Assembly: GCA_036867785.1 (NCBI GenBank)
Contig: CP145417.1
Location: 1,240,001-1,304,000 of the forward strand
Direction of reading: 5' to 3'
DNA length: 64,000 bases
Origin: Plasmodiophora brassicae
Taxonomy: Eukaryota
Shown: piece after piece, positions 22,969 to 34,590 of the stretch
Layout of the letters: every line of letters begins with the position of its first letter
Numbering within the stretch: the first letter of the stretch is position 1
Notes under the pieces: generated by a model
Database searches by the model: none
What the model was told of the DNA's origin: nothing
What the model saw: only the letters and a program-made list of their open reading frames with translations
Translations under genes and position numbers: made by a program

Positions 22969-24055
22969 ATGGCGTCGACGATGGCTGGCATCGTCATCCT
23001 CCAGCAGATGACGTCGCGTGTCGGGCTGGGAGCAAGCCCCTGGGCGCCTTGGGCGATCTTCTCTTGCGCCAGCGCCGTCATGTTCAGCATCGGATGCGTC
23101 CTGCAATCGCAGTCGCTAAAGGCGAACGCGCAGCAGGCAGTCGCCGGGCGTCGTCCCGCCCACCGCCAGCCGATGAACATGTTCGGCGTCGGCTGCGTCT
23201 CCAAATCGCTGTTCATGCAGGTTGCCATGCTCGCCTACGCTCCTGTCGCCCTGACCGCGTTGCACGCAGTCGTCGTCGTTACGATTCACACGGCGCTGGT
23301 CCCATCGTCCTCTTACGACCTCGTCGCTGCGGTCGCCGTTGCCGTCGTCTTCTTCGTTATCCTCCTAGCGGGATGGAACGATCTGCCGACATCCGTCCTG
23401 GAACCGATCGCGTTACGGCGTTCCATCATCGTGATCGCCATCTGCATGACGTTCGCGATCTTGTTCCTGACGCTGGCCCTGGATCCGACGTCAACATCTT
23501 GCGCCGGGCAGCGGCGCCTGACACGACGACGACGCGCTGTCCTGCACCGGATGCTCTGTGGCGTAGCAGTCGGCGCGCTAACCGGCGTCGGATGCGTCCT
23601 GGGCGTGACCGCCCTATCGTCCCTCGTCAACGGGTCACTCGCGCACACGCAAGTGATTGTCGCGGCACTGTCGACGATCCTGTTCATGGCGACGGCCTTA
23701 ATCGTCATGAACCACTCCATCGACCTGTACGGCGGTGCAAGCATCGTCCAGATCGGGTCCCTTGCCGGCATGTCGTCCGCACTACCAATCCACGCGATGC
23801 TGACACCATCATCATCATCCGTCCCGGCTGTCGTCCTCGCCGTCGTCCTCCTCGTCGCCACAACCGTCACGCTCGCCGCCGACAGCGTGCGCCCAGTCCC
23901 ATCCCCAACCCGTACGTTATATCCCGCGTTTCCCGCCGACGGTCTCCCTCTCACACGGTTCCGCGTTCACAGCTGTGGACGACACGCGACAACCACTGTT
24001 GAACGGTACCGATCTGTATGCCAAACCGGCACTGCCGTCGTTCAGCTACTCCTAA
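22969..24055 (+). CDS. Multi-pass membrane protein, NIPA/DMT-like
   Basis: About 9 hydrophobic segments; SAVMFSIGCVLQ, LAYAPVAL, MNHSIDLYG resemble NIPA blocks; one intron near 23912-23972 gives stop at 24053-24055. Confidence 0.6.
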
Positions 24056-24094
24056 TCCATGCGCGAAACACGGGTCAATACACCAGAAGCGCCG

Positions 24095-24290
24095 CGGAAC
24101 CGCCACGGCGTCTCGAACTGCACGCGGAACCGTCGCGGCGTCTCGAACTGCAAACGGAACCTTCGCAGCGTCTCGAGCTGCAGGCGGAACCGTCACGGCG
24201 TCTCCCGAACTGCAAACGGAACCTGCGCGGCGCCTCGAACTGCAAACGGAACCGTCGCGGCGCCCCTTCGAACTGCCAACGGAACCGTCA
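24095..24290. repeat. 30-bp minisatellite, about 6.5 copies
   Basis: Unit CGGAACCGTCGCGGCGTCTCGAACTGCAAA with small variants, head-to-tail. Confidence 0.93.
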
Positions 24291-24327
24291 GGGCTCCGCG
24301 AAGAGGTTTGCCGCAGAAAAACGGTTG

Positions 24328-24599
24328 ATGGCGGCGTGGGCGAAGGCGCTCCTCGTTATGGCCGGGACGGTCGGCGGCGGCGCGCTGGGGTTCTACTGGC
24401 AGGATCACATCATGCGCGAGCATCGCGTAACGACCACCGCGGCCGTGTTTGTCGGGCTAACCGGTAATCGGGGCGCGTCGTGTAACAGGCGGCGATGCGG
24501 CAGCGGTGGATGGAGATGATCCAGGAAGAGCGACGCGACCTGGAGCGCATCCTGCGGGATCGGCAGCAGGCGGCCGAGTCGTCGACATCACCTGAGTAG
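24328..24599 (+). CDS. Small (~70 aa) single-TM protein with coiled-coil tail
   Basis: MAAWAKALLVMAGTVGGGALGFYWQDHIMREHR, phase-0 intron GTAACG...ACAG, then AAMRQRWMEMIQEERRDLERIL...*. Confidence 0.65.
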
Positions 24600-24621
24600 T
24601 AAAATATGCCATTGTGCGGAA

Positions 24622-25204
24622 ATGCGACCGGAGGGGCGGTACGACGCCGATGGGTGCCGCCGGGTCGCCATGGCCGTCCCGGTCATCCGCGGCGACGACG
24701 GCCACCTGCGATTCGTGCTGACCGGCGCCCAGGACGGCCGCGAATGGATCTTCCCGAAAGGCGGGTGGGAACTGCACGAGACCGTCGAGCAGGCGGCACT
24801 TCGGTCAGGCATTCGTGCACGTCGTCTCCGTCGACCGTGCTCGCATGTGACGACGTCAGCAGGGAGGCGTACGAGGAGTGCGGCGTCGTCGGGACGGTGC
24901 GGTGCGCCCTTGGCGGCGAATTCCGGTCGGGGCCATCGAGATCCGGGCGTGTCACGCGCGTCCAGGCCTTCCTTGTCGACGTTGACAACCTGCTGGACGA
25001 CTGGCCGGAACGCAGCGTACGCGCCCGGCGACTCGTACGTTTGCCTCGGCCAGTCTCGCGACTGTCCAACGTTGTGGCATAACGCGACGGTATGCATCGC
25101 AGTGCACGGAGGCAGACGTTCGCGATGCGCTGAAGCGCACGTCGATGCTGGACCTGGTCGACAAGGCGCTCGGTGTCATATCGTCATGCGACAAGACGGA
25201 GTGA
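24622..25204 (+). CDS. Nudix hydrolase, DIPP/Aps1/Ddp1-like
   Basis: Spliced Nudix box [27 protein letters not shown]; N-terminal GRYD..G.R and C-terminal DDWPE..R.R motifs; two introns. Confidence 0.85.
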
Positions 25205-25313
25205 CGTCGGAGCCCCCCATGCTCTGCTTGCGCTTCGATCCAAATGAAGACGTGTCGGCTCGTAACGGTGGTAACTGGGCTTGTGGGCCGCGAACGAATG
25301 CGCATTCTTTATT

Positions 25314-26171
25314 TCAGTTCGGGTTTTCGAACAAGGCGGCGCGGGCGAGGAGTTTCGCCCGGGACGCCTTGAGTTTATCGGCTTCGGCCTGGCGTTCCAG
25401 CTCGGCTTGCTGTGCGAGCATCGCTTCGCGCTCCTTCTCCTCCTTGATGCGCTGCGCCTCCTGGTCGACGGATCGGCCGCCCTTGACAGCGCGACGTTTG
25501 GCCGCCTCGAGCGTCAGCGAGATGCGGTTCATCTCGGTCATGTCTTCGTTCTTGACCATGTTCAACTCGGTCTGTGCCGTCATGCCCTTGACGCCGCCCT
25601 GGGCGGCCTTCTCCGTCAGCTCCTGGATCTTGGCGTCGCGCGCCTTCTGCTTGGCGACGAACTCCTCGATCGCGCGCATCAGCTCGGCGTCGACGCCGAC
25701 CGGGACCTTGAACAGCTCCTGCAACAGCATGTCGCCGACGCCGGTCAGGCCCACGCCCTCATCCGTCAGGTCGACCGTCGGTTGCGCCTGGTGCCGCTCG
25801 AAGAACGACGTCAGGACCATGACCTTGTAGTGCAGGAGAAGGTACTCGGTGAACGCGATGCGGTTGTCGTTGTTCAGGTCAATGTCCTGGAGCTCCGTCT
25901 TGCGTTGCAGGGCGGTTCGCGTGCGCCCCTGGCGCTGCAGGAACTCGGCGGCCTGAACGACGTCCAGGTCCTGGCGGTTGCACGTGTCGGCCAGGTACTG
26001 CTTGAAGTGCGAGCACAGCTGGACGACGATCTTCCACTCGTCGCCCAGCTGCATGATGAACGATTTGAGGAAGAACTGTAACTGCTCGTCGGTGTCCTTC
26101 TTGACGAGGTCGTCCAGCTGGGCGCGAAGGCCATCACGGGCGGACTGGCTCAGATCGGGGATCGGCGACAT
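25314..26171 (-). CDS. Calcium-regulated actin-bundling protein (Dictyostelium 34-kDa ABP-like), EF-hand
   Basis: EF loop DIDLNNDNRIAFTEYL; C-terminal helix GGVKGMTAQTEL...MNRISLTLEAAKRRA. Confidence 0.75.
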   Translation of the reverse strand: MSPIPDLSQSARDGLRAQLDDLVKKDTDEQLQFFLKSFIMQLGDEWKIVVQLCSHFKQYLADTCNRQDLDVVQAAEFLQRQGRTRTALQRKTELQDIDLNNDNRIAFTEYLLLHYKVMVLTSFFERHQAQPTVDLTDEGVGLTGVGDMLLQELFKVPVGVDAELMRAIEEFVAKQKARDAKIQELTEKAAQGGVKGMTAQTELNMVKNEDMTEMNRISLTLEAAKRRAVKGGRSVDQEAQRIKEEKEREAMLAQQAELERQAEADKLKASRAKLLARAALFENPN

Positions 26172-26364
26172 TGCTGGGAGGGTCGGGCGTCGGGACGGAG
26201 GTTTGAGGTGTGTGAGCCCAGGTCGACAATGCCAGCCCGTCGTCGGCGGCGGCGTCAAGCCTCAAGACGCTATTTCGGGACGGACTCTCGACAACGAATC
26301 CTATTATCGTCGGACGGCAACCGGAGCGATTTTAGTCTGGACATCGGGGGATTGCATCGGGTGC

Positions 26365-27144
26365 TCACTCGCGCGAATCGACCACCATCGTCACGGGACC
26401 GTCACTGATAGTCAGGTCAGATCTGTCACAGCGGTAGAAGCACACGACACTTAAGACGTCATTAACTTTTCGATATGGACGGTCATCATGGCGCCGAACT
26501 TGCCATCTGCGGTCAACGACACGGCGTTAGTAGCCGGACCAACCGTTTGTCGCAAAGGTAACGGAAGCGGGCACCTTGGACACGATCTTCACCGAGAGCC
26601 TCAGTGATATCGACGACGAACCGGGCGTACAGCGATTCGGCGGCAGAGGGCGGCATCGCCCGATGGAACGATGGCCGCGTCCCGTTCTTCATCGTCGCGT
26701 GAAGCGTGAACTGAGACACTGGCATCTCTCAGAGACGCATCCGCAATCAGCACGCTGACAACACGAAGGCACCTAGCAGCACAGATCCTCCGATATCGAC
26801 GACGTTACGGGCCCATGGCCTGCCATTGTCATCGGGCCACATCCGAATGCCGAGGATGGCCTTGCGCCTGCGCGGGCACCAAGGTTATTCGGCGCGCCAG
26901 CACGCATGCGGAATATGAACAGACATGGCCGGGAAATCAGCCTCGGAGTCGTGGTCGCCGATGCCGACCAGGACGCAGACGCCGCGCTCGATCGCCCCGA
27001 CAGCGTCGCCGTCCACGCTGACATGCGCCCGGTGGACGCGCTGGATCACCAGCCGCTGCGCACGCACAACCACCGTTACAGACCGGCCGGCAGCTGAGTC
27101 GGTCGGAGACCGCCGCCGCTCCTCAGGGCGCGCGCACACACCAT
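26365..27144 (-). CDS. DTD1: D-aminoacyl-tRNA deacylase
   Basis: Spliced M|RLVIQRV, VLVGI, VSQFTL, RPSFHRAM, FGAMM, NDGPVT motifs; first coding exon is only ATG. Confidence 0.95.
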
Positions 27145-27187
27145 TCTCGCGAAATCGTTGGCGGGCTGTGCGGACCAGGCGACAAAT

Positions 27188-27372
27188 CGCCGCGACTGCT
27201 CACGATGGCAGCAACGCCGTGACTGCAGACGACGGCAACAACGCCGCGACTGCAGACGACGGCAACAACGCCGCGACTGCAGACGACGGCAACAACGCCG
27301 CGACTGCAGACTACCTACGGCCACAACGCCGCGACTGCAGACTACCAACGGCAACAACGCCGCGATTGCAGC
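27188..27372. repeat. 27-bp minisatellite, about 6.5 copies
   Basis: Unit CGCCGCGACTGCAGACGACGGCAACAA between divergent start codons. Confidence 0.93.
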
Positions 27373-27373
27373 C

Positions 27374-27985
27374 ATGGCCCACTGGTCGCCGAGCGGCGGT
27401 ATTGGTACCGCACGGCAATGCCTTCAGACGGACGATAATATGCACGAGGTCCACGTCGTTCGATGGTGTACGTTGCCTCCAGAGACGTCAACGGCCGATT
27501 TACTCGCCCGCCTACGACGCACACTATCGTACGACGTGGATCTCGTGCATAGGTAGTATCGTCTGTCTGGAAGCATATTTTCTCTCTGAAAACTACATCA
27601 GCACCGTGAAGACTTTGTCATTCGTGGCGGGTGCTGCTGGATCCTGGAGTTTTGTTGTCGACCAGACGACATCTGCACTCCCACGACCCGTGGGGTTGGC
27701 TCTCCAGGTAGGCGGGATGCGCCTTGCATCGACCGTTGCGTCACCTGAGGACACTCCGTCCAGGCTTCGGCGAACCCGGGGATACCCGTGCGGAGCACGT
27801 TCTTCGAAATCGTCACACCGATTATACTGAATGCGTTCAAGTTCGTTTCGTTCCAAGACAATGGAACAGACCCTGTTCATCCGCAAGACCAGTGCCGCTT
27901 TTACGACGTCCCTGCTCGGCTCGATGACGATCACCCTTCTCCTCACAAATACGTCGATACCACGACCAGCACAATGAGTACGTGA
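27374..27985 (+). CDS. Hypothetical spliced protein
   Basis: Three segments join in frame via GTACGT...TAG and GTAGGC...CAG introns; no recognisable motif. Confidence 0.35.
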
Positions 27986-28173
27986 GAAGCTCGAGGACGA
28001 CATTCATGCGAAATAGCGAATGGTCCAGGGACGACGATCCGTTGTCGCCGCAGCTGCCGTCGCCGCGACAATCTTGCTGTGGCAGTCACCACACGGGTCC
28101 TGCTCTGGCTCATGTGAAGACACATCACAGGCCTTCGACGGTCAAGGAACGTCCCAAGTTGATCCAGTAGCTA

Positions 28174-28380
28174 ACCGGGCACCAGGTCGCCGGGTACGCC
28201 ACCGGGATGGCTTTCTCGCCCGGCGGCCGCTGGCTGTGCAGCGGCGGCGGCAGCGGGCACACCTTCTGGGACTTCAAGACGACGCGCGCGCGACCTCGAG
28301 CTCATCCAGAGGAACGCAAACGACCAGATCGTCATGGACGCCCAGTGGCACCCGGTGGAGACCTCGCGCTCTGGGACGAC
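28174..28380 (+). pseudogene. Inverted degenerate fragment of the CDC40 3' exon
   Basis: TGHQVAGYATGMAFSPGGRWLCSG...FWDFKT matches 37430-37620 (minus) with indels. Confidence 0.9.
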
Positions 28381-28473
28381 AGAGATGAAGCCGTCTGCGA
28401 CACTCACGAGCGGGGCGTCCTCTGCCGGGCACCGCTATTTGCCGACGCGCTGACTTGAAGGTTATACCTACTG

Positions 28474-30623
28474 TTAAACGGGTTTATGTGCTTGTTGACT
28501 GAGGATCAGCTGGGCAGCACCGGGTCGCGCTATGCAGCGAACGCTGCCAAAGGCGTACCGCTCGCCGTCGATGTCGCACGGCGACCGTCTAACAGGTTTC
28601 AGCTCGATTTCCGCGCAAGCCTGCAGGGACACGCCGTCTCTACGATCATAAACAGGATTAACGCGGCCAATGAGCGGAGCCCAAATGGCACCAGTGCGCA
28701 CCTCGAGACGTGCCTGCCATGTTCGACGTCAAACGCTAGCATCGCCAGCATCGCCGTCCGGGTCAGCCCGCGCCCGACGCCGAGATGTACGCACCCGTCA
28801 TCGATCTGTTGCAACACGAACAGGGGGACACGTTAGAAACATCAGGCGCACGGACGATGACGATTGTCGCCGATCACCTTGGCACCCGGAATCAGGTTCA
28901 TGTCCGGCGCCAGATGCGATAGGTTGCTGGCGACGAGCAGATTGAACGGCCCGTCGACGCTGGCCCATTGGTCCGGCGTGTCGCGACCGCGGTACCGGAT
29001 GTCGCAGGCGCACGTGTCGCCCCGGACGATCTTCTTGATGGCTTCGACAGTGAACCTGCGCAAACGTCCAGGGACGTCAGCCGGCAGGCCCGCAAGCGTA
29101 GCCGTGCGTGCGTTACCGGAGCGCCCCCATCCATCGCATCGGCTCGCTGTCGAAGTCGACATCTGTGCACGATTCGTTAGGTGGCGCGGCGTGCATCCGT
29201 AGAGACGCCCGCACGACGCACCTGCGATAAAGCCGTACGAGACGGACACGATGGAGAAGACTGGCAGACTCGAGCCACCTGATCAGCAAGGCAGGCGGCC
29301 GCCGCCGTCAGCGAGCGAAAACGTGCACACATGGTCGACGTCGGCGCACCGATTTCGTCGCACTGGACGAGGTCGACGGGGCCGTACACGCCGTTGACGA
29401 ACGCGGCGACGGCACGCAGGGCGTCGACAGGGATCCCGAATCGGACGCAGGTGACCGCGTTGCCGGAACCGGCGGGCACAATGGCCAGCGGGAACCGCAG
29501 CCAGGGGCGCCGGGCGCCGCCCGTCCTCGATTCCGCGTCACGCTGGGCCAGGCCTTGCAGGACCTCTGCGTACACGAGCGCGCCCCGTTCAGCACGTATC
29601 AGACGTCGGGTGGCACGACAGGCACGGGGGCACCATGAAGCAGGCCGTCGCCGGACACCAGCAGCAACGTGTCGAACCGGTCGCCGTCGAACGTCAGCGC
29701 AATCGACTTCGCGTCGCCGGGCCAGCTCGTCACTGAGAGCCACTGTCAGGCGACGCCCTGGACGACGTGCAGGTCAGGCACCGAACGCTTCGTCTCGTGG
29801 CGGATGCCGGCGGCGTCGAGCAGCGGGACGACGACGTGCTCAATGACGGACGCGGCGTGGCCCTTGCCGCTGACCGGGTTGCCGACGACGAGGACGCGGC
29901 GATGGCCGGGCGCGATGCCGTACTGGCACGGGACCTCATGCCGGCGACGTCGCTCGTCGTCGTCGTGGCCCGCAGGCAGGCGCGACGCGACGTCGTCGTG
30001 GCCGAGTGCTCGAGCGACATCGCCGGCCACATACCCGAACTGTTCGACGCGCGTTCGTCAGCACGCGTGTGAATCGTGGACCGGGGCCCGAATACCTGAT
30101 CGCGTTCCTGGGGCAGCGTCCCGTCAACGTCGCCGGCCAGGACCAGGTCGAGCAGGGCGTGATCGGCGCGGCCGGCCGCGTAGTGGAGCAGCGTGCCGCC
30201 GGCGGCGTCGCGCCAGGTGGACAGGTCTGTGCGGCCGGCGAGCTGTTCCACAGACAGGCGGGACGGGTCGTTCGCCTGCAGCAACGACAGGACCTCGTTG
30301 GTGACCTCCGGGTGGCCGAGGTCGACCAGGTCGTGCAGGTACGTGCTGAGCGCCAGGCGTCGATCCCGTCCTTGGCGTTGCGGTTTGGAGCAGAGCGACG
30401 GGCGAGGCCTGACGGGCGCGGGAACGCGCAGCGCCGCCGGGGCGACGGCGGCGACGCGGTCGTGCAGGGCGACAAAGTCGTCCGGGTCGATCAGCACGCA
30501 GCGCCAGCGCTTCTGGACGGCGACGACGTGCGCCCAGCGGCCGGCGACGCGGTGCGCGGCGACGAACTCGATGCCCAGGCCGCCGACGTCGTCGTCAATG
30601 TCGACCGTGACGTCGGTCGGCAT
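28474..30623 (-). CDS. Sphingosine/ceramide kinase-like (DAGK catalytic) protein with N-terminal PX-like and ankyrin modules
   Basis: VVGNPVSGKG, SGDGLLH.EV, IVPAGSGN, DIDGE motifs; ankyrin GGTLLHYAA; PX-like DFVALHDRV..RRLALSTYL; several introns. Confidence 0.85.
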
Positions 30624-30869
30624 CAGGAGCGGGTGTGCCGCGGATGATCGCCCCCAACGCCGCAAAGGGCCGAGACGCGCGCGGCACGCCCCGGCGCCCC
30701 CCGCGGACTTTGGCGAGGCCCCCAAGCCGCAATTGTTCCGCCCCGCGGCCAGTCCCGGCGTTCGTGTGCCTGCCCGCGCGCCTCTGCAGTCAACCGTTGG
30801 TCGCGAGCGGCACACGGACATGGGCGGGCTTGATGATCCTCCTCCGCGGGTCGCCCGTAATGTAGGAGG

Positions 30870-31066
30870 CCTCCTGGGTCGCCAGGAACTCCGTCTGCCC
30901 CTACGGCGCACGCGTTGCCGCTCCTGGGCACCGCGCGTTGTGGACGACGTACCTCTTCACGAACTTGCCAAAGTACGACGAACCATTGTACCCGACGATG
31001 CCAACAGTGACCGGCACGGTGTCCAGCCAGCGGCCACCGTCTCCGGGGCGCCAGCCTCGTTGTCAT
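30870..31066 (-). pseudogene. 5' fragment of a LicD-family gene
   Basis: Aligns by eye to the starts of the copies at 34194 and 37119; frameshifted and truncated. Confidence 0.7.
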
Positions 31067-31174
31067 CGACGATCAGACCAGCGGACACCGCAGGAGACGA
31101 AACTGTGGGACGATCGGGGATGGCAGCGGACCCACGGAAAACGGTTGGTTTTGCTTACACAGTGGAGCCTCGCG

Positions 31175-31340
31175 TACGAATGCAGGCCCGCACACCCAGC
31201 TGAGCAGCGTCGATTTCTGCGTGACGCACGCGCGGGCCCCCGCAACCACCTGGTGAATCCGGGCGCCGTCCCAGAGCGTGATGGTGGGGTCCCAGGAGCA
31301 GATGGTCACGCGCGACGGCTCCGCCACTGCACGTCCCTGA
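31175..31340 (-). pseudogene. Fragment of CDC40 3' end and 3' flank
   Basis: TACGAATGCAGGCCCGCACA and GGCGCCGTCCCAGAGCGTGATGGTGG shared with 37328-37455. Confidence 0.85.
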
Positions 31341-31419
31341 CAAACTGGTCCCGCTGATCGCGTTTGCCGACCACCAGAAGTCGGCGCTGCTCGGCCGCGA
31401 TCCCATACTGATCACCGTA

Positions 31420-31520
31420 TGGGACCTCATGCCGGCACCACCGTTCGCCGTCGAGGCCAGCAGGCAGGCGCAATGCAGTCACATCGTCATGACTGAGTGC
31501 TCTAGCGACATCACCGACCG
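31420..31520 (-). pseudogene. Diverged fragment of the sphingosine-kinase gene
   Basis: GGGACCTCATGCCGGC...GCAGGCAGGCGC...GAGTGCTC.AGCGACATC matches 29930-30027. Confidence 0.75.
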
Positions 31521-31700
31521 TCCGAAATCAACCTCAACCACAGCTGATCGGCCTCGGTGAACCAGCAAACAAACACGCTGCACGAGAGGTCGTTTGGAGG
31601 ATATCCCGGTGACGCCGTCGTTAATTCCGCTTCGAACGTCGGTCATTTTCACCGGACATCCTCATTCTTTTCATTATGTATGCGACAATGCCATTTCGTA

Positions 31701-32614
31701 TTAATGATCCGGGATGGACCATCCGGAGCCGTACTCCTTCTCGAGGAAGGCAATGGCGTTTCGCGGGGCAGGAAAACTGGTGTTGAACACATTCAGGTAT
31801 GCGAGCGGGAACACGTCGTCGTGCCTCATATGTATGCGTCCGTCAAAGACAACGTCGCTCGATGGGCCGCCCGTCTGGTCGTACGACCACGTGTAGATGT
31901 CGACGTACGGCGACCGGCCAAGGTAGTGACCGTCAACTCTGCCGAGTGGCGAAAACAGCTTCTTGGCCAACGGGTGGTGCAGCCCAACACAGACCGACGC
32001 CATGTTAAACCTGGGAAACAGGACGTACCCGCGGTACCACAGCGCTTCCGCCAATTGCCGATAGTCGTTCGCGACGATGCAGGCGTCTAGCGGTGATTTA
32101 GCGTATAGGCGGATGTGACAACGTTTGATGGTCGTTGACCTGCGTCCTGCGTGTAGGGAATGATGGACTGGTTGCGCTGGGCGCCCAGTAGCGTGCCGTA
32201 CGTTATGACGGTCGGCAAACCCAGCAGCGTGTTGGCGATGTGGACCACTTCCGTCAACATCATATGCAGGACGGCGCTGTTGCAGGGCGTTTCGCCCTCT
32301 GCGATCGCCAGCAACGTCTGCATGGGCCCTTCGCCAATGCCGCAACGTGCGACATCTATCGGCAGGCATCGTTTCCAGCCCGACGTCTCGTCCATGAGCC
32401 CGGGAAACCGATCGGGTACAGCGTCCCACGTCGCCAGGAAGTCGTTATCGCTCAGGGTCGCGTTGAAAGCCGTCGCGGGCACCACGAACTTGTTGAACGT
32501 CTTCTCGGTCACCTCGACTTGCGAAAAAGTCAACCTGGGCACGCCGAAAATGATCGCTGCGCTACTCAGGCACATCGCCGCCAGCAGCGGCAACCATCTC
32601 GGGAGTATCGACAT
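31701..32614 (-). CDS. LicD/fukutin-family nucleotidyltransferase-fold protein, copy A
   Basis: N-terminal signal/anchor; YGTLLGAQRNQSIIPYTQDA|D across one intron; PYVDIY; FPAPRN..FLEKEYG..W..PD. Confidence 0.85.
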
Positions 32615-33089
32615 CGACCTCGACAATATTTCAGTTGGCGGCCATCGCGGGATGCCGAAAGTGATCCGGTGAAGTCGTAATCCCTCGGAAATCGCCAAAG
32701 GTAATAGGCCTGCGCCACTGCCAGGCCGATCAAACAGTCGTTCTTGTCGTGCCCAGCGCATAGTCACCAATCGCGTGCCTAAGATGATCGCGTGCCGCAT
32801 GGCCACACGACCTTATATCCACTCGACAACACGGAGGCACGTGTCTTCCCCACGTCCAGCTCCTGCGCATGCATTGTCACTGAATTAAACAGACCACGTT
32901 TAACATGCACTGCAGCTAGCTAGCAGGGCAAATTCAGGCTGTGTAGGACACGTCAGTTCTGTAAGATAAACGGCCTTAGGTCATCGGATCCGAGACCAAG
33001 GCGGCACCTGCGCGCGCTTGAGGGTTCCTTAGTGAAATAGACAAAGCTAGACGACGCCCGACGCAACGGAGCTTCTCCCGTGAGATGTT

Positions 33090-33163
33090 TTGTAGACCGG
33101 ACCGCCCAACTAGGCCACGAGAGCAGCTGCTCTCGTGGCCTAGTTGGGGGGTCCGGTCTACAA
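33090..33163. repeat. 74-bp spacerless palindrome, one mismatch
   Basis: TTGTAGACCGGACCGCCCAACTAGGCCACGAGAGCAG | CTGCTCTCGTGGCCTAGTTGGGGGGTCCGGTCTACAA. Confidence 0.97.
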
Positions 33164-33278
33164 TGCTGCGCATGTACGGCCTGCAGCTCGCTCAACAAGT
33201 GTATCAGAACGCATGTCGAACATCGTGTCATTTGCAAGTCATGTGCATTTGAATATGTATACCATATGACGTCCCAGA

Positions 33279-34194
33279 TCAGTGATCCGGAATGGACCAG
33301 CTGGCGCCGTACACCTCCTCGAGGAAGGCAACGACGTTCCGCGGGGCCGGGTTAGGATAGCTGTTGTTGTACACCTTCAGGTTGCGAGCGGGAACACGTC
33401 GTCGTTGTGTTTCATGTTTACGTGGCCGTCAAAGACAACGTCGTTCGACGGGTCGCATGCAGCGTTGTACGTCCACGTGTAGATGTCGGCCTACGGCGGC
33501 CCAAAGAACGGCCCTTCAAGTCTGCGGTCTGGCGAAAACAGCTTATTGGCCAACGGGTGGTGCTGCCCAACGCAGACCGACGCCAGGTTCAGCCTGGTGA
33601 ACAGGGCGTACCCGCGGCGGCGCAGGGCGTACCCGCGTGGCCATAGCGCTTTCGCTATTTCCTAATAGTCGTTCGCAACCATGCAGACGTCTGGCTGTCG
33701 TTCAGCGCGCCCTGTAGCGTGCCGAACGATTTGTCGGTCGGCAAATCCAGCAGCGTGCTGGCGAAACGGGCGACTTCCGTCACCACCATATATATGCAGG
33801 ATGGCGCTGTTGCAGGGCGCTTCGCTGTCCGCCAGCGCCAGCGACGACTGCATGGGCCCTTCGCCTGTGGCGCACCGTCTGACCACCATCGGGAGACACA
33901 GCCCCCAGCCCGATCCGATCCCTCGTCGAAAAGGCCGGAGAACACATTGGGTATGGCGTCCCACATCGCCAGGGACTCGTTATCGCCCGGCGTCGCGTTC
34001 AAAGCCGTCGCATCTACGGCACACGTGCCGCGGCTGCTCCTGGGCGCCTCGTTGTCGACGACGTACGTCTCCGCGAACTTGCCAAAGTACGGCGATCCGC
34101 CGTGCCCGACGACGCCAACAGTGACCGCCACAGTGCTCAGGCATATCGCCGCCAGCGCCCAACGTCTCAGGGACGATGTCGACCTTGTCGTCAT
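33279..34194 (-). pseudogene. LicD-family copy B (frameshifts; catalytic/intron region deleted)
   Basis: Colinear with copy C but reading frame shifts near 33915; IIPYTQDA missing; small duplication near 33602-33636. Confidence 0.85.
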
Positions 34195-34431
34195 CGGCGG
34201 TCACCGCAGGACGGCAGGAGACGAAACTGCTCGGGTGACCCGATCAGGCGAGTGGGACGGTCGCCGGGCTGGGGACGTCAGCGCTGCTATCATCTGTCGA
34301 GATGTCTTCTTTTGCACAGGGCGATACCGAAGTTGTGATTATGGAAGAACGTGGCGATATGATCCGACTTCTGATGAAGTACCCTTTCGAGTCGGAGTTG
34401 GAGCGGTGGATGACTCATCGTACCCGGCGCT

Positions 34432-34590
34432 GTAGTATTGCATCGGGTACCCGTACCCGTACCCACCCGCTTACCCACCCGTACCCGTCGGGTTTGGGCA
34501 GGGTTCGGGTAACGGAAATTATGAGACGGGCGGGTACGGGCGGGTAGGCGCCAAACATTATGGCATACGGGTGGGTACGGGTGGGCGCCG
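34432..34590. mobile_element. Probable DNA-transposon end (hAT-like subterminal ACCCG/CGGGT repeats)
   Basis: Dense TACCCG copies followed by inverted CGGGTA copies; nearby minus-strand remnant KPTTMKIHNDLKDWLR (~34770-34820) resembles a hAT C-terminus. Confidence 0.5.

Noticed and set aside
22969-24519. 516-aa ORF as a single protein
   Set aside because: Runs through an intron, a minisatellite and the next gene's first exon; two spliced genes fit better
24095-27372. 27-30 bp repeat arrays as CRISPR
   Set aside because: Units are head-to-tail with no unique spacers, there are no cas genes, and the context is an intron-rich eukaryote
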